A stretch of 64,000 nt of DNA from Candidatus Spongiisociaceae bacterium (lineage in GTDB: Bacteria; Actinomycetota; Acidimicrobiia; Spongiisociales; Spongiisociaceae), in contig OZ253564.1 in the NCBI GenBank assembly GCA_965262915.1, positions 320,001-384,000 on the forward strand. The letters are read 5' to 3'. The notes beneath the pieces are model-generated. The model was not told where the DNA came from and did no database searches. It saw nothing but the letters and a program-made list of their open reading frames with translations. The translations under genes were made by a program, and so were the position numbers. Positions 41,601 through 53,098 of the stretch are shown in pieces; position 1 is the stretch's first letter, and every line of letters begins with the position of its first letter.

Positions 41601-43877
41601 GGCATGCGCGCTGTTCGTGTCAGTAAGCCTCAGGAGGAGGTTGTAGCCGTAGATACTGGCCCGGGGCGCCACTCCCCGTACCCCATCGGTGTTGTTGCGC
41701 GCCGCGATGACTCCCGCCACGGCCGTACCGTGCGACTCAGCGGCATCGAAGATGTCGCCGCCGCCGGTGTAGTCGTGGTTCCGGCCCGTGATCACGTTGT
41801 CGCTCAGGTCCTCGTGGTCGTAGTCCATTCCGTCGTCGACCACTGCCACGTTGATACCCGCTCCGTACTGGCCGGTGTCCCATACTTCCTCTACGTTGAT
41901 GTCCTCCCCGTCCGTGCCTCCCAGCTGACCGCTGTTGTTCAGGTGCCACTGGCATCCGTAGAGCGGATCGCTGATGGTGGTGCTGATGTCGGTACAGTCG
42001 CTGATGAACCGGGCGTATGAAACGTCCTCGATCATGCGGATGGTGTAGGGCCCGGTGGTGGATACGCCCGATCCGTCCCTGAGCACCTTGATGTAGTGTG
42101 TTCCGGTCCGGAGCCGATCGCGAAGGGTGAAGCCCCATGCGACCTCCTCCTCGTCTCCGTTCTCGTCCACTTCCACGATCTCCCACTCGTACAGGTTCGC
42201 CGTGACCGGGTTGCCTCCGCTGTCGAGGAGTTCCCCGTCGATGTCGACGGTCTCGCTCGCGGCCCGCAGCACCACCCACTTGTCTTCGTCGACGTCGATC
42301 CTGAAGTAGTCAACATCGGATGCAGGGCTTATTCGCCCTCCTCGCGCACGGCGGAACTCCAAGGGTGCGGCGGTGCCGAGCGTGCTACCCGGCTCCGTAA
42401 CCGTCTCGACCTGAACCGAGTACAGACCCGTATTGACTCGAGTCGTCGAGGGGTAGCCCGTAACCCGGACGTAGTAGGTCCCGGCGTCGAGTACCGACCG
42501 GATCAAGAAGTGCAGGCCGGAGAGAAAGCCGTCGTCGTTGTAGGCCAGCAGAGTTCCCTCGTCGTCCAGCAACTCCCCGACGGTGTCGAAGGTTCCTGTA
42601 CTGCGGATGATCACATCCGTCCGCTCGTCCAGGGTGAATTCGAAGTAGTCCTGATCCCCCAGCGGATCGATGATCCCGTTCTTGAGGACGTCGAGTTCGA
42701 GGGGTGTCGCATCGGTTGTCCCGGTCGAGTCGGCGATCGCGAGGGCCAGGAGCACGTAATCACCGGTGGCCTCGCCGTAGCTGGTCACCTTGATGTAGTA
42801 GGTTCCCGCTCCGAGCGTGCGCCAGATCAGGAAGTTCCAAGGCCCGTGCGATAGGGTGCTGTCGTCGCTCGAGTCGAGTTCACCCCCGCTGCTGTTCAGC
42901 AGTTCTCCGACGGTATCGAGGTCGCCCAGGGTGAAGATGACGATGCCCGTCCTCTTGGTCAGCGTGATCCTGAAGTAATCCGCGTCGGTCCCCGGCTCGA
43001 TGAGCCCCCCGATACGGGTCCCAACCGGGAGGCTCGTGGCCGCGGATCGAGAGTCGCCGGGCTCGGCCGGTGTACCGCTCGCGGTAGCCGACCAGCCGCC
43101 GTCGGTGATGGTGACCGCGCGTACCTGCACGTCGTAGCTCGTATCGTTGTCCAGACCGGTGAGCAGATGTCGGCGCGTCCCGTTCTCGGGAGTCCAGACC
43201 TCGTCGATGACGTTCCAGTTGCTGTCGGCCTTGTCGGCAGCGTCGCTCTCGATGTAACGCAGGTCGTAGGCGGTGATGTCCGACTCGTCGACGCCCAGCG
43301 GAACGCTCCAGTAGACGGTCAGCGCTTTGTCTCCTTCCACGACGTCTCCTTCCACGACCAACCTGATCACGGGGGGCGGGTCTCGCGGCGTGCCGGTGAC
43401 GGTCGCGGACCAGTCGCCCTGGCCATCGGTGTTGACAGCGCGTACCTGCACGTCGTAGGAGACGCGTCCCGGCAGCCCGGTGATCGAGTACTGGAGCGGA
43501 TCACCTGATGCCCATGCGTACGACTCCTCGGTCCATTTGCCGTCGTCTAGTTTGTCCGCCGGGCCGGCGTCGGTTGGGATATGGCGCAGGTCATAGCGGG
43601 TGATACCCGTCACGCCGCTGGGTGCGGTCCACTGCACGGTGAGGGTTCCGTCTCCGGGGGTGACCGACGTGATTGTGGGGGCGGCAGGTGGCGTCTGAGA
43701 CCCGGCACCGCCGGTTCCCAACAGGAGGCCGGCCAAGGCTCCTGCCAGGGCGACTGCTGCCAGGATCCCGCGCCGGCTAGCCGCAGTGATCAGCACGTGA
43801 GCCACCTCTTGGGTTCCGGATCGCAGAGCCGGCGGATTCCGGAGGGCCGACCAGCCGCACTGCCGACCAGCCGTGGT

Positions 43878-44857
43878 TCACCGGGTCGAGCTCTCAGTCC
43901 ACCAGTTCGGACTGGACAGTTCCACCCCGTCCTGCCCGGCCAAGTCGTTGGCAAGGTTCAGGGAGGGGAACCCCGGATCGGTCTCCACGAAGAAGCCGTT
44001 GGGCAGATAGCCGAGTTCGGACACCCGAGACTGCTTGATCCCGTTGCTGGAGAAGAAGGTGTCCGTCTCCGCCTGGCTCCACTCCGCATCCAAGACCAGC
44101 AAGACACCCCCCGGCAGGGTCATCAGGGCGCCCGACGGGGAACGGAACACCGGCCAGCCGCCCTCTCCGGTGCCCTCGTCGCTCCGGACGACGCTCCCGG
44201 CGGCGGCCTCCACCACGACTTCGTCGAGCGAGCCGACCGCGCTGCCGCTCTTGACCACCAGACCCGGGTCCAGCGACACCTGCCTGGTGTTGCCGCCGTC
44301 CTCCCACGTATACATCCGGCCCTGCCGGACCGAACGTGAACCGCTCCCCGATCCGGAACTCGCCGAGGTGGAAGCCGTGGTCTCCTTCGGTTCGGGCGGC
44401 TCGGGATCCTCGCTGAAATCGACAGCGAGTTCGTCGGTCGGGGTCGGCGTGGTCGCTTCGGTTTCGACCCCGGCCTGGGCCACGGGGTCCCCCTTCTGGT
44501 TCCCCTGGGTGGAGACCTCCTTCCCCCCGGGAGCAGATCTTCCCGCCGACGGCTCCTCGCTCGCAGGGTCCTCGAAGAAGTCGACACCAGGTTCACCCTC
44601 CGTGATCGGCGTCGTCCCCTCTGTCTCTGTCGGCACCGTGGCTGTCGGCGGCGGGGACCCTTCCGTGGCAGAGACCGACGTCGCGGCGGCGGACGCGAGC
44701 GAGGTGCCAGGGCTCGTGGTGGTCGGGACGGATGCCGAAGGGGCGGACTCCGACTCGCCCGGCCGAACAGGCTCGTCGCTACGCACAAGGGCCACTGCCA
44801 CGGCCACCATAAGGACCACAGCCAGCCCTGCAGCAAAAGGGGGACCGGTCTTGTCAT
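43878..44857 (-). CDS. exported protein with long S/T/P/E linker and C-terminal propeptide/chaperone-like domain
   Basis: Signal/TM segment (probable 1-bp indel near 44835); C-terminal PVFR...LPGGVLLVL...LANDLAGQDGVELSSPNWW. Confidence 0.6.
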
Positions 44858-45093
44858 GCAGTTACCTGTCGGATCGGTAGTAACTCCTACTTTGTCGGAC
44901 AACGCAGGATTCCTAACCGGCATTTTACGGGTAGTCAGGCGGGAAACCGATGCTATCCGTGGTCCGTTGTCCGTTGTCACAGCAAGGTCTGGGGTCAAAT
45001 CCGGGCCCGAGGGCCGACTCTCCCCCGCCGGGTAACACACAGGGTACCGTCAAACCCGGATGGCTTGATTGCGGGGTAGGAAGGGAGAGACCG

Positions 45094-46673
45094 ATGTTCG
45101 ACTTGGTTATCCGAGGGGGCCGGGTAGTCGACGGAACCGGCGCGACGGCCTTCGGGGGCGACATCGGCGTTACCGGGGATCGGATAACCGCGATCGGGGA
45201 CTTGAGCATGGCCGAAGCCCGGGACACACTCGACGCGGCCGGGCTGGTGGTGGCGCCCGGGTTCATCGACATCCACAGTCACTCGGACTTCACGCTGCTG
45301 ATCGACCCGCGAGCCCACAGCCAGGTGTACCAGGGGTCACCACCGAGTTGGTCGGCAACTGCGGCCACGGCTGTGCGCCGCTCGGTCCGAACGTCGAGGC
45401 CTTCACCGGGAACATCTACGGCTACCAGGATGTCCTACCGATTGATTGGACGACGATGGAGGGGTATCTGGCCCGGATGGAGGAGGCGGCACCGGCGGTG
45501 AACGTGGCCACGCTGGTCCCGAACGGGAACCTGCGGTTGGCGGTTGTCGACGATGTGAGACGGCCGGCAAACGGAGAGGAGACCGCCGGGATGGCCCGGC
45601 TGCTCGAGCAGAGCCTCGATGCGGGAGCGTTCGGGTTCTCCACCGGGCTCGAGTACCCCGCCGAGCGCGAGGCGTCCGAGGAGGAACTCATCGAGCTATG
45701 CCGGGTGACGGCCCGTAGCGGCGGGCTGTACGCGACCCACGAGCGCAACCGGGAGTTACTGGCGATAGAGGCCGTCGAGGAAGGGCTACGGGCCGCGGCC
45801 GCCACGGGGGTGCGACTGCAACTGTCGCACATAATTCCCCGTCGGGGAGGGCCGGCGGATTCGCTGGAGCGTTGTATCGAACTCGTCGAGGCTGCCCACG
45901 CGGGCGGATTGGATGTGGAGTTCGACGCGCACACGCGGCTGCACGGAATCACCAACCTGAGTGCGGTGCTTCCCTCCTGGGCCGTGGACAGCGGACCGGG
46001 CCGGCTGAGGCGGTATCTGACCGATCCGGCCACCAGGGACCGCCTCAAGCGGTACGACAGCATCATCTCCTCGTTCGGTCTGGGAGGCTGGGACCGCGTC
46101 GCGCTGTTCTGCAGCGAAGGATCCCCGGACAAGGTGGGTCACAGCATCGCCGACCTCACGCCCGCAGGCGCCGATCCCTACGACACCATGTACGACCTGC
46201 TGCTGGCCGAGGGTGACGACCCCCACGGGGCCCTGCTGATAGCCCACTCCTACGACGACGACATGCTGGCCTTCGCCTTCCGCCATCCCCTCTGCACCAC
46301 CGAGTCGGACGCCACCGCCCTCTGCACGGACGGGCCGCTCGCCGGCACGACCTTCCTCGGCGCCTACACCTGGGCGGGTTCGTTCTTCCGCACCATGGTC
46401 CGGGAGAGGCAGGACTTGACCCTGGCGGAGGCGGTACACAAGCTCACCGCCCAGCCCGCCGGCCGGATCGGGCTCGCGGGCCGGGGCCGCCTACTAGAGG
46501 GCAAGCAGGCCGACATCGTCGTGTTCGATCCCGACGAGTTCTCGGACCGGGGGACCCTCGACGAGCCCAACCGTCCGGCCGTCGGAGTCCGCCATGTACT
46601 GGTGAACGGAGGGCTCACGGTTCTCGACGGTAAGGAGACCGGTTCGCGAAGTGGCCGGGTGTTGCAGCGCTGA
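45094..46673 (+). CDS. N-acyl-D-amino-acid deacylase family amidohydrolase (1-bp frameshift ~45335)
   Basis: DLVIRGGRVVDGTG, APGFIDIHSHSD, GVTTELVGNCG, STGLEY, ADIVVFDP. Confidence 0.9.
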
Positions 46674-46737
46674 GCAAGTGGTTCGCCACATGTGCCTGCG
46701 CCTGCGACGGGTGCCGGCTCGATAGGCTCCTCGTTCG

Positions 46738-48444
46738 ATGTCTCGATCGGCCCGCGGTACAGAACGCCTGTTGGGTTTGGCGTTGACCGTGGCTCTGGTG
46801 GCGGGCGCCTGCGGCGGTGGGAGCACCGAGGATGGCGGCGCCGCCGGAGGGGAGGCCACTCCAGGGGGCACCCGTGAGATCGTGCCGGCGGTCGAGCAGT
46901 GGCCTGAGTGCCTCAACCCCATAACCTCCTGCGCCAACGCCGCCTGGCTGTCGTGGTCGGTGCTGGTGCAGGTGCAGCCGGGCCTGCTGGAGTTAGATTC
47001 CGCCAACGTACTGCGCGCCTCGCCGGTAGTGGAGGAGATGCCCTCTCAGCAAAACGGCGGGGTGGTCGTGAACGACGACGGGACCTTCACGGTCACGTAC
47101 CGGATCGATCCGGACGCACGGTGGAGTGACGGAACCCCGATCACCAACTCCGATGTCTGGTTCACCTGGAGGGCAATCCTCGACACGCAAGGCTCGCTCC
47201 AGACGATCGGCTACGACCTGGTGACGGGGGTGGACACCGAGGACCCGCACGCCGCGGTGATCACCTTCGGCAAGCCTTACGTTCCCTGGCCCTACATGTT
47301 CCACAACCCGGTACCCGCCCATGCCTTCGACGGGAACACCGACATCTCCGGTTACTGGAACGACGCCATCCCCATCTCCGGCGGACCGTGGCTGCAGGAG
47401 TCCTGGAGCCAGGAGCAGCAGATCCTCGTGCCGAACCCCAACTACTGGGTGCCGGAGCGCGTTCCCCTCGTGGACCGGGTGGTGATGGTCTCCCGCGAGG
47501 ACACCGCCTCGGAAGTGGTGGCGCTTGCAGACCGGTGAGGTGATGGCCGCCCTGCCCCAGCCGTTCCCGGGCGCCAAGGACCGGCTGGTGGGCGACCTGA
47601 CCTTCGTGGCCGGGCCCGGAACAATATCGAGGGTCTCTGGATAAACCAGAACGCGCCCGACCGGCGGTTCGAGATCACCACCAACGCGCGAAGGGCGGTG
47701 GCGTTTGCCCTCGACCGGGAACGGATCGCCGACGTAGCGCTCGGTTCGATCATCGATGATCCCGTGGTGCTGCAGTGCGCGGGATGGAACCCTGCGTTCG
47801 GCGACTGGTGCCGGGACGACTTCAGCCGGTACCGCCAGGACATGGGCGCCGTTACCGAACTGCTCACGGCGGACGGCTGGTCCCGGCCCGATCCCGACGG
47901 ACTCTGGGTGAACGCCGAGGGCGAGGCTTTGGTGCTGCAATGGAACACCGTCGCCGGCAACAAGCGGCGCGAGGACGTGCAGGCGCTGGTGGCGGAGATG
48001 ACCGCGCCGTTCGGGATCGGCTGGGAGATCATCAACTACGACGCCGGCGAACTCTTCCAGAACCGCCTCCCCGCCATGAATTTCGGTCCGGTGGCCTTGT
48101 ACGCGGCGGAGACCATCCCCGACCCGTCCGTTTCCAAGATCTACGACCTCGACGGTATCCCCAGCGAAGCCAACGGGTACAGCGGGCAGAACTTCATGGC
48201 TTACTCCAGCAGGCGCGCCACCGACCTCGCCTTCGCCATTGACGAGGAGATCGACCAGGCGGCCCGGCTCGCTCTGGTGACCGAACTCGGGGAGTTGCTG
48301 GCCGCCGACGTGCCGTGGATTCCGCTGTACGTTCTTCCCAACCTGGTGGTATGGAACAGCACCGTGGTCGAGGGACCCGGCGAGTGGGTATCCAGCGTGT
48401 ACGGCGGCTTCTACGACATCTACGACTGGACGGTCATCGGCTGA
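46738..48444 (+). CDS. ABC transporter substrate-binding lipoprotein family 5 (frameshifts ~47530, ~47625)
   Basis: Lipobox AGAC, ARWSDGTPIT..DV.FTW, GGPW, PNPNYW, KAVAFALDRE, DVPWIPLY. Confidence 0.85.
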
Positions 48445-48495
48445 GATGTCGAAGCGGCCGGGAATGCCGTCGCGAGCCTTCCGGGGGAGACCGTT

Positions 48496-49485
48496 TTGAT
48501 CCGGTACGCCCTCCGTCGCCTAACCGTGGCCGTACCGATACTGGTGGCAGTCTCGCTGGTCACGTTCTGGGCGGCCGGCGAGATCACCAGCCCGGCCGCG
48601 CAGCTCACCCTCAACCCCCGGATCGCCCCGGGAGCCAAGCAGGCCTACATAGAGTCGCTCGGGCTGGACCAGCCCTTCGGTGTCCGGTACCTGCGGTGGG
48701 TCGGGAATCTCGTGACAGGAGACCTCGGCGCGTCGCTGGTCAGGATCGGCCAGGAAGTCTGGCCGCTCGTACGGCAGGCCCTCGCCAACACGCTGGTACT
48801 GGTGGCGGTATCCGTGGTGTTCTCGCTGGGTGCGGGACTCGCAGTGGGGACGCTGTCGGCAGTCCGTCGGGGCTCGCTTCTCGACCATGCCGCCACCACG
48901 GTGTCGTTCCTCGGCATCTCGATCCCGGTCTTCTGGCTGGGCCTGATGCTGCAACTGTTCTTCGGGCTCTACCTGGCACACTGGTTGGGGGTGACCCCAC
49001 CTCTCCTACCCACCGCGGGCATCTACTCGCCGGGCGCGCTCGGGTTCGACCTCGTGGACCGGATCCGGCATCTCATCCTGCCCTCCTTGGCGCTGTCGCT
49101 GCAACTGGTGGCGGTGTACAGCCGCTACATGCGGGCTTCGATGCTCGAGGTGATGGGTTCGGACTACATCCGCACCGCCCGCTCGAAGGGGCTGAGGGAG
49201 TCGGCGGTGGTGGTCCGCCACGGGGTGAGGACCGCGCTCATACCTGTAACCACTCAAGCCGCTATCGACATCGGCCTGCTGGTCGGGGGGCTCATCGTGA
49301 CCGAGCGGGTGTTCCAGTATCCGGGCATGGGCCTGCTGTTCCTCGACGCACTCGGTGGAGGTGACTACACCATCCTGCTCCCGACCGTGATGATCGTGGC
49401 GGTGGCTGTTTTCGTCATGAACCTGGCCGCCGACCTCCTGTACGCGATCCTCGACCCGCGCACCCGCCATCTGGTGGAGAGGTAG
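48496..49485 (+). CDS. peptide ABC transporter permease (OppB/DppB-like)
   Basis: GLDQP, GDLGASL, PVFWLGL, SDYIRTARSKGL. Confidence 0.93.
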   Translation: MIRYALRRLTVAVPILVAVSLVTFWAAGEITSPAAQLTLNPRIAPGAKQAYIESLGLDQPFGVRYLRWVGNLVTGDLGASLVRIGQEVWPLVRQALANTLVLVAVSVVFSLGAGLAVGTLSAVRRGSLLDHAATTVSFLGISIPVFWLGLMLQLFFGLYLAHWLGVTPPLLPTAGIYSPGALGFDLVDRIRHLILPSLALSLQLVAVYSRYMRASMLEVMGSDYIRTARSKGLRESAVVVRHGVRTALIPVTTQAAIDIGLLVGGLIVTERVFQYPGMGLLFLDALGGGDYTILLPTVMIVAVAVFVMNLAADLLYAILDPRTRHLVER

Positions 49486-49492
49486 GGGTAGC

Positions 49493-50371
49493 TTGGCGCA
49501 GGTCGGGCAGCGCCCAGCACACGCGGCGGGCAGGCGGCCGAGGGCGGCACGGCGCTTCTACCGCCACCGAACCGCGGTCTGCTCGCTGACGGTGCTGGTC
49601 CTGATCATCGCCGCGACCGCAGCCGCCGACTGGATCGCTCCATTCAACCCCTCCGAGCAGAACCTCGACCGCATCCTGCAAGCGCCCGGCCGGGAATTCC
49701 TGCTGGGAACCGACACCCTCGGCCGCGACAACCTCAGCCGGATACTGCACGGCGGCCGGGTATCGCTCCTCGTGGAGGGTGCGGTCGCGGCGATCAGCGG
49801 CGTGCTCGGCACTCTGGTCGGCTTGGTCGCCGGTTACTACGGAGGCCGGGTCGACACGCTGCTCATGCGTCTCACGGACACCCTGCTGGCCCTTCCGGCC
49901 CTGATGGTGGTGATCATGGCAGCCCGTATCCTCGGCGACGGGGTGTGGGATGTGGTGCTGGTGCTAGCCGGGATCACCTGGATGGTGCCGGCCCGGATCG
50001 TCCGGGGGAAGGTGCTCTCTCTCAAGCAACGGGAGTTCGTGAAGGCGGCCCGGGCACCGGGCCTGCCGAACGGGCGGATCATGTACCGTCACCTGCTGAC
50101 CAACCTGGTTGGCGAGGTGATGGTGGCGGTCTCGCTGACCGTGGCCGCTGCCATCCTCGCCGAGTCGACGCTCAGTTTCCTCGGGCTGGGCGTGAACCCG
50201 GCTCACACCGCCACGTGGGGCAACATGCTGGGCGGCAACGAGGGATTCGTCACGACCGCGCCCTGGCTCGTATGGGCACCCGGAGTAGCCATCGTGCTCA
50301 CGGCTCTGTGCGTGAACTTCATCGGCGACGGCCTACGCGACTCCCTCGACCCGACCCGGGAGCAGATATGA
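49493..50371 (+). CDS. peptide ABC transporter permease (OppC/DppC-like)
   Basis: LGTDTLGRD, GGRVSL, REFVKAAR, ESTLSFLGLG, GDGLRD. Confidence 0.93.
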   Translation: MAQVGQRPAHAAGRRPRAARRFYRHRTAVCSLTVLVLIIAATAAADWIAPFNPSEQNLDRILQAPGREFLLGTDTLGRDNLSRILHGGRVSLLVEGAVAAISGVLGTLVGLVAGYYGGRVDTLLMRLTDTLLALPALMVVIMAARILGDGVWDVVLVLAGITWMVPARIVRGKVLSLKQREFVKAARAPGLPNGRIMYRHLLTNLVGEVMVAVSLTVAAAILAESTLSFLGLGVNPAHTATWGNMLGGNEGFVTTAPWLVWAPGVAIVLTALCVNFIGDGLRDSLDPTREQI

Positions 50372-51380
50372 ACCCCGCGGATCGCGACAGCACATTCGGT
50401 GCCGGCGCCGCCGAACCGCTGTTGTCGGTGCGCGACCTGCACGTCGAGATCGACACCGAGGACGGCGTGCTCACCGCGGTGAACCGGATGAGCTTCGACC
50501 TCTACGCCGGTGAGGTCCTAGCCATCGTGGGCGAGTCCGGGTGCGGCAAGACCATGACTGCCCTGTCCATACTCGGGCTCCTTCCCCGCAAGGCGGCGCG
50601 TCTGGTACGCGGCGAGGTAAGGCTGGGCGGCGAGGATCTGCTGGCCGCGCTACCGCAACGGATGCGGCAGGTCAGGGGAGCGGAGATCGCCATGATCTTC
50701 CAGGAACCGCTCACGGCACTCAACCCGGTGCAACGGGTCGGTGACCAGATCGCCGAGATGATCCGCACCCACCGACCCGTGCGCCGGTCCGAGGCCCGCC
50801 GCCGCGCCGCCGGGTTACTCGACCGGGTGGGGATACCCGACGCGGCCCGGCGGGCTCGCCGGTACCCGCACGAACTCTCCGGCGGGATGCGCCAGAGGGT
50901 GATGATCGCCATGGCGATCACCTTGGAACCGGCGGTCCTGATCGCCGACGAGCCGACCACCGCGCTCGACGCCACGGTTCAGGCCCAGGTGCTCGAAGTC
51001 CTGTCGGACGTGCAGCGGGGGCTGTCCGGCGCGATGGTCCTGATCACCCACGATATCGGTGTGGTGGCCGACCTCGCCGACCGGGTGGTGGTGATGTACG
51101 CGGGCCGCTCGGTGGAGCAGGGTTCCGTCTACGACGTTTTCGAGCGGCCCCTCCATCCCTACACGGCCGGCCTGCTCGGCGCCGTACCCCGAGTGGACGG
51201 AACGGCCGACCGTCTCAATCCGATCACCGGAACGCCCCCACCCTCATCGTCCTTCCCGATGGATGCGCCTTCGCTCCCCGCTGCCACATGGCCACCGAGA
51301 TCTGCCTGGTGCAGAAGCCGGAACCCCGGCCGTCCACCGGCGAGACCGGGTCGCCGGCCGTTGCCTGCCACCATGCGTAG
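50368..51380 (+). CDS. peptide ABC transporter ATPase (OppD/DppD-like; frameshift ~51238)
   Basis: GESGCGKT, LSGGMRQR, IADEPTTALD, HPYT; C-terminal GCAFAPRC...VACHHA* in the shifted frame. Confidence 0.92.
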
Positions 51381-51411
51381 TCAGGTGCCAGACACCCCAG
51401 GAGCGTAAATG

Positions 51412-52632
51412 TCAAGCTGCGGCTCGGTCGATGGTGGTTCGGTGTGCCCATGCGGTGTGTTCGTTGTAGGGGGTTTGGTGTTTGAGGCAGCCGTGGAGGA
51501 TGCCGACGAGTCGGTTGGCGAGGGCTCGGAGTGCTTGGTGGTGGAGGTCGTCGGCTGCTCGGCGTTTGTCGTAGAAGGCTCGGGCTCCTGGACTGTTCTT
51601 TAGGGAACAGAACGCCCATTGGTCCAGGGCGTCGTAGAGACGCCGGTTACGGACCTGGCGAGCCAGGACAGCGTGCTTGCGGCCTGACGCCACTGTGATG
51701 GGCGACGTGCCGGCGTAGTTCCTGCGAGACTTGGCGCTGGTGTAACGGTCGGGGTCGTCCCCGAACTCACCGAGCGCCCGGGCGCCGAGCACAGTACCGA
51801 GTCCTGGCTGAGACAGGTAGATGTCGGCGTCCGGGTGTTCTCTAAAACGGGTCTCGAGGGTTGCTTGGAGGTCTGCGATCTGGCGGTTGGTTTCCACAAT
51901 GAGTTTCACCAGTGCCCCAACAGTCGCCCCGAAGGCGTCCGCGACCGGCCCCGGCGCGGTGAGATGGCGGGTACGGAGACCTTTCTGTATGCGGCGGGCA
52001 ACCTTGTCGAGGTTGCGTCGCCGTCCGCCCCTCTGTAGCGCTGCTCGGATCTGGGGCAGTGTCAGGCGGGCGCCCAGGATTGGGGTGGGTGCCCGACCGA
52101 GTATGGCCACAGCGTCGCGATGGGCCAGGTCATCGAAGGTTTCCAGCGCTGCGGGATAGTACTCGCGCAGGGCGTTGCGGACTTGGTTGGTGTGACGCGT
52201 CCGAGCCCAGATCAGGTTCTGATGCGTTCTGGCCATGATCTTGATCGCGTCTGATTCGGGGCTGTCACCGGCCACCGAACGATGGTTGTGACGGTCGGTG
52301 CGTACCAAATCAGCTAACACCTTGGCATCACCGCGGTCTGATTTCGCTCCGCCCAGGCTGTGACGGTCCCGGTAGCGGGACACAGCCCTAGGATTGATCG
52401 CATACACCAAATAGCCCGCTGCGATGAGCGCACCCACCCACAGCCCACGATCGGTCTCGATCCCTACCACCACCTCAGCTGCATCCGATGCGTGTTCGGC
52501 GACCAACTCATGGAAGCGGGCTATACCTTGGATCCCTTCCGGGAGATGGGCGAAACCCAGCCGGGTCCCATCCTCGTCCATCAGATACACATCATGGTGG
52601 CCCTCAGCCCAGTCGTTACCCACAAATATCAT
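51412..52632 (-). CDS. IS110 DEDD recombinase
   Basis: VGNDWA, GIET, KSDRGDA, AGTSPITVASG (catalytic Ser region); intact; GGAGG RBS. Confidence 0.96.
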   Translation of the reverse strand: MIFVGNDWAEGHHDVYLMDEDGTRLGFAHLPEGIQGIARFHELVAEHASDAAEVVVGIETDRGLWVGALIAAGYLVYAINPRAVSRYRDRHSLGGAKSDRGDAKVLADLVRTDRHNHRSVAGDSPESDAIKIMARTHQNLIWARTRHTNQVRNALREYYPAALETFDDLAHRDAVAILGRAPTPILGARLTLPQIRAALQRGGRRRNLDKVARRIQKGLRTRHLTAPGPVADAFGATVGALVKLIVETNRQIADLQATLETRFREHPDADIYLSQPGLGTVLGARALGEFGDDPDRYTSAKSRRNYAGTSPITVASGRKHAVLARQVRNRRLYDALDQWAFCSLKNSPGARAFYDKRRAADDLHHQALRALANRLVGILHGCLKHQTPYNEHTAWAHRTTIDRAAA

Positions 52633-52679
52633 CCCTTCCTCCTTCAACGGGGATCGATCCTTGCCGAGCTGTAGAACAC

Positions 52680-52866
52680 GCCTGGCGGCGACCTAATGGA
52701 TCAGTGCTCTGTGGCACGCCACCCCATGAGCGCTACAAGCGGCCCTCGCGAACCGGCCGGGGTACGATCTGGCACTAGGAATCAGCGTTCCGGGTGCCAC
52801 CAGTACTCACCGGCCAGCCAGCTCAACCACCACACCCTCCCAGACAAACCAGCAGAAGTGGTGGAC
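52680..52866 (-). ncRNA. IS110 bridge RNA (5' hairpin, target-binding loop, donor-binding loop)
   Basis: Guides TGGCACC and GTGCCAG match the target; TGGGGTG and CCATTAG match the donor junction; each pair flanks a 4-bp hairpin. Confidence 0.88.
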
Positions 52867-52873
52867 CCCCATT

Positions 52874-53055
52874 AGGTGCCAGGTGCCAGGTGCCAGGTGC
52901 CAGGTGCCAGGTGCCAGGTGCCAGGTGCCAGGTGCCAGGTGCCAGGTGCCAGGTGCCAGGTGCCAGGTGCCAGGTGCCAGGTGCCAGGTGCCAGGTGCCA
53001 GGTGCCAGGTGCCAGGTGCCAGGTGCCAGGTGTCTGGGGTCAGGTGCCAGGTGTT
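52874..53055. repeat. heptamer tandem array (AGGTGCC) x22 perfect plus ~4 mostly degenerate units
   Basis: Perfect 52874-53027 (154 bp); one further unit on the other side of the IS (51383-51389). Confidence 0.97.
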
Positions 53056-53098
53056 CGCGTTGCCTGGCCACTTGCCACCGTAGACCAATCGATACATA

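Larger units (their letters stand above)
51392..52875 (-). mobile_element. IS110-family element
   Basis: CT core (minus strand) repeated at both ends (51390-51391, 52874-52875); no terminal IRs; ~240 bp left end and ~20 bp right end. Confidence 0.93.

Noticed and set aside
44830-51240. Programmed frameshifting or real decay of the aminoacylase-Opp region
   Set aside because: Several 1-bp shifts lie in short homopolymer runs with no nonsense codons, so long-read errors are more parsimonious; needs a read check
52874-53055. CRISPR array or ARCQVPG/WHLAPGT repeat protein
   Set aside because: Pure 7-bp tandem with no spacers and no cas genes; ORFs in all frames are artefacts of the repeat
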